Assembly (NCBI RefSeq): GCF_036321535.1
Contig: NC_087447.1
Coordinates: forward strand, 43,960,001-44,024,000
Length of the DNA stretch: 64,000 nt
Direction of reading: 5' to 3'
DNA from: Camelus dromedarius
Taxonomy: Eukaryota
Shown: positions 63,266 to 64,000 of the stretch, in pieces
Position numbering within the stretch: the stretch's first letter is position 1
Layout of the letters: each line of letters starts with the position of its first letter
Notes under the pieces: model-generated
What the model was told of the DNA's origin: nothing
Databases searched by the model: none
The model's input: the letters and a program-made list of their open reading frames with translations, nothing else
Position numbers and translations under genes: made by a program

Positions 63266-64000
63266 AGACCATCATACTGACAAAAAAGGTAGTCGCATGG
63301 GTTTCCTATTTTATGATCTAGTGAGGTATATTTCCAGCTTTTACATTAAACAACCATATAGTGCTAATCATATTACATTTAGTTCAAGTTACAAGGTGTA
63401 TCCTTCAATTAATAAGCCCCTCCATTTCAAAGGAAGTACTCAAATAGTTGGGCAATCATATTCTTTCCTCAATACATCTGGGGAAATATCTTTGGCTTTT
63501 TCATTTTCCCTTCCGTTACTTGATATGTATATATATTTTACTTATCTAGGCAGATGGCAATAACCATATTGTGTTTTCCTTGACAGATAATTTTGTTTCC
63601 TACACACAGAATATACTATGTTTACAGCAATACGTTGCAATATTTATCTTTCACTTCTTAAGGGTAAATATATTTGCAAACTTGAAAGAAATTATTGATA
63701 ATTTTCAAATGTTTTCATTATCAAAATAAGATATTTATATATATATAAACTTTATAGGCTGAATATTTGTGATAAAATACATAGTGAAACATCATTTAGT
63801 ATTTATAACATACAAAATAAACAGAAATTTCCATGAGAATCAAATATAATGCAATGGGATAAAAAATACAAATTATAACATCATATCTGCTAAGAGCTGT
63901 GACATCCTGGCCTCATATTTCTGTCCACAAGAACACAGGATGTGCTGAAATGTGTCTGAAGCATTTACACCTACTGACCTTAAACAGACAGACTGCCAGT

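Overview
Mammalian genomic DNA, very probably camelid (alpaca/llama/camel), judged from the Vic-type tRNA-derived SINEs and the camelid-type L1 3' UTRs. The only confidently recognised gene segment is the first coding exon of synaptotagmin-9 (SYT9) on the minus strand (ATG 25422, 145 coding nt, phase-1 GT donor at 25277), inside a ~1.5 kb CpG island. Bases 1-25277 are therefore SYT9 intron 1; no exon 2 was found in the window. Bases above ~25700 are upstream/intergenic DNA dominated by transposon relics (L1, L2, MIR, MaLR/ERV LTRs, Tigger/MER DNA transposons). The best leads are: a candidate alternative phase-1 first coding exon ~14.8 kb upstream (40230-40368), upstream ATGs in the SYT9 leader, an antisense solo LTR in intron 1, and a candidate + strand exon followed by a CpG-decayed degenerate tandem array rich in TGACAG motifs (~62.0-63.3 kb). 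Repeat family names come from remembered consensus sequences, no searches were run, and boundaries of old repeats are approximate. I found no clear evidence of a novel multi-gene system.
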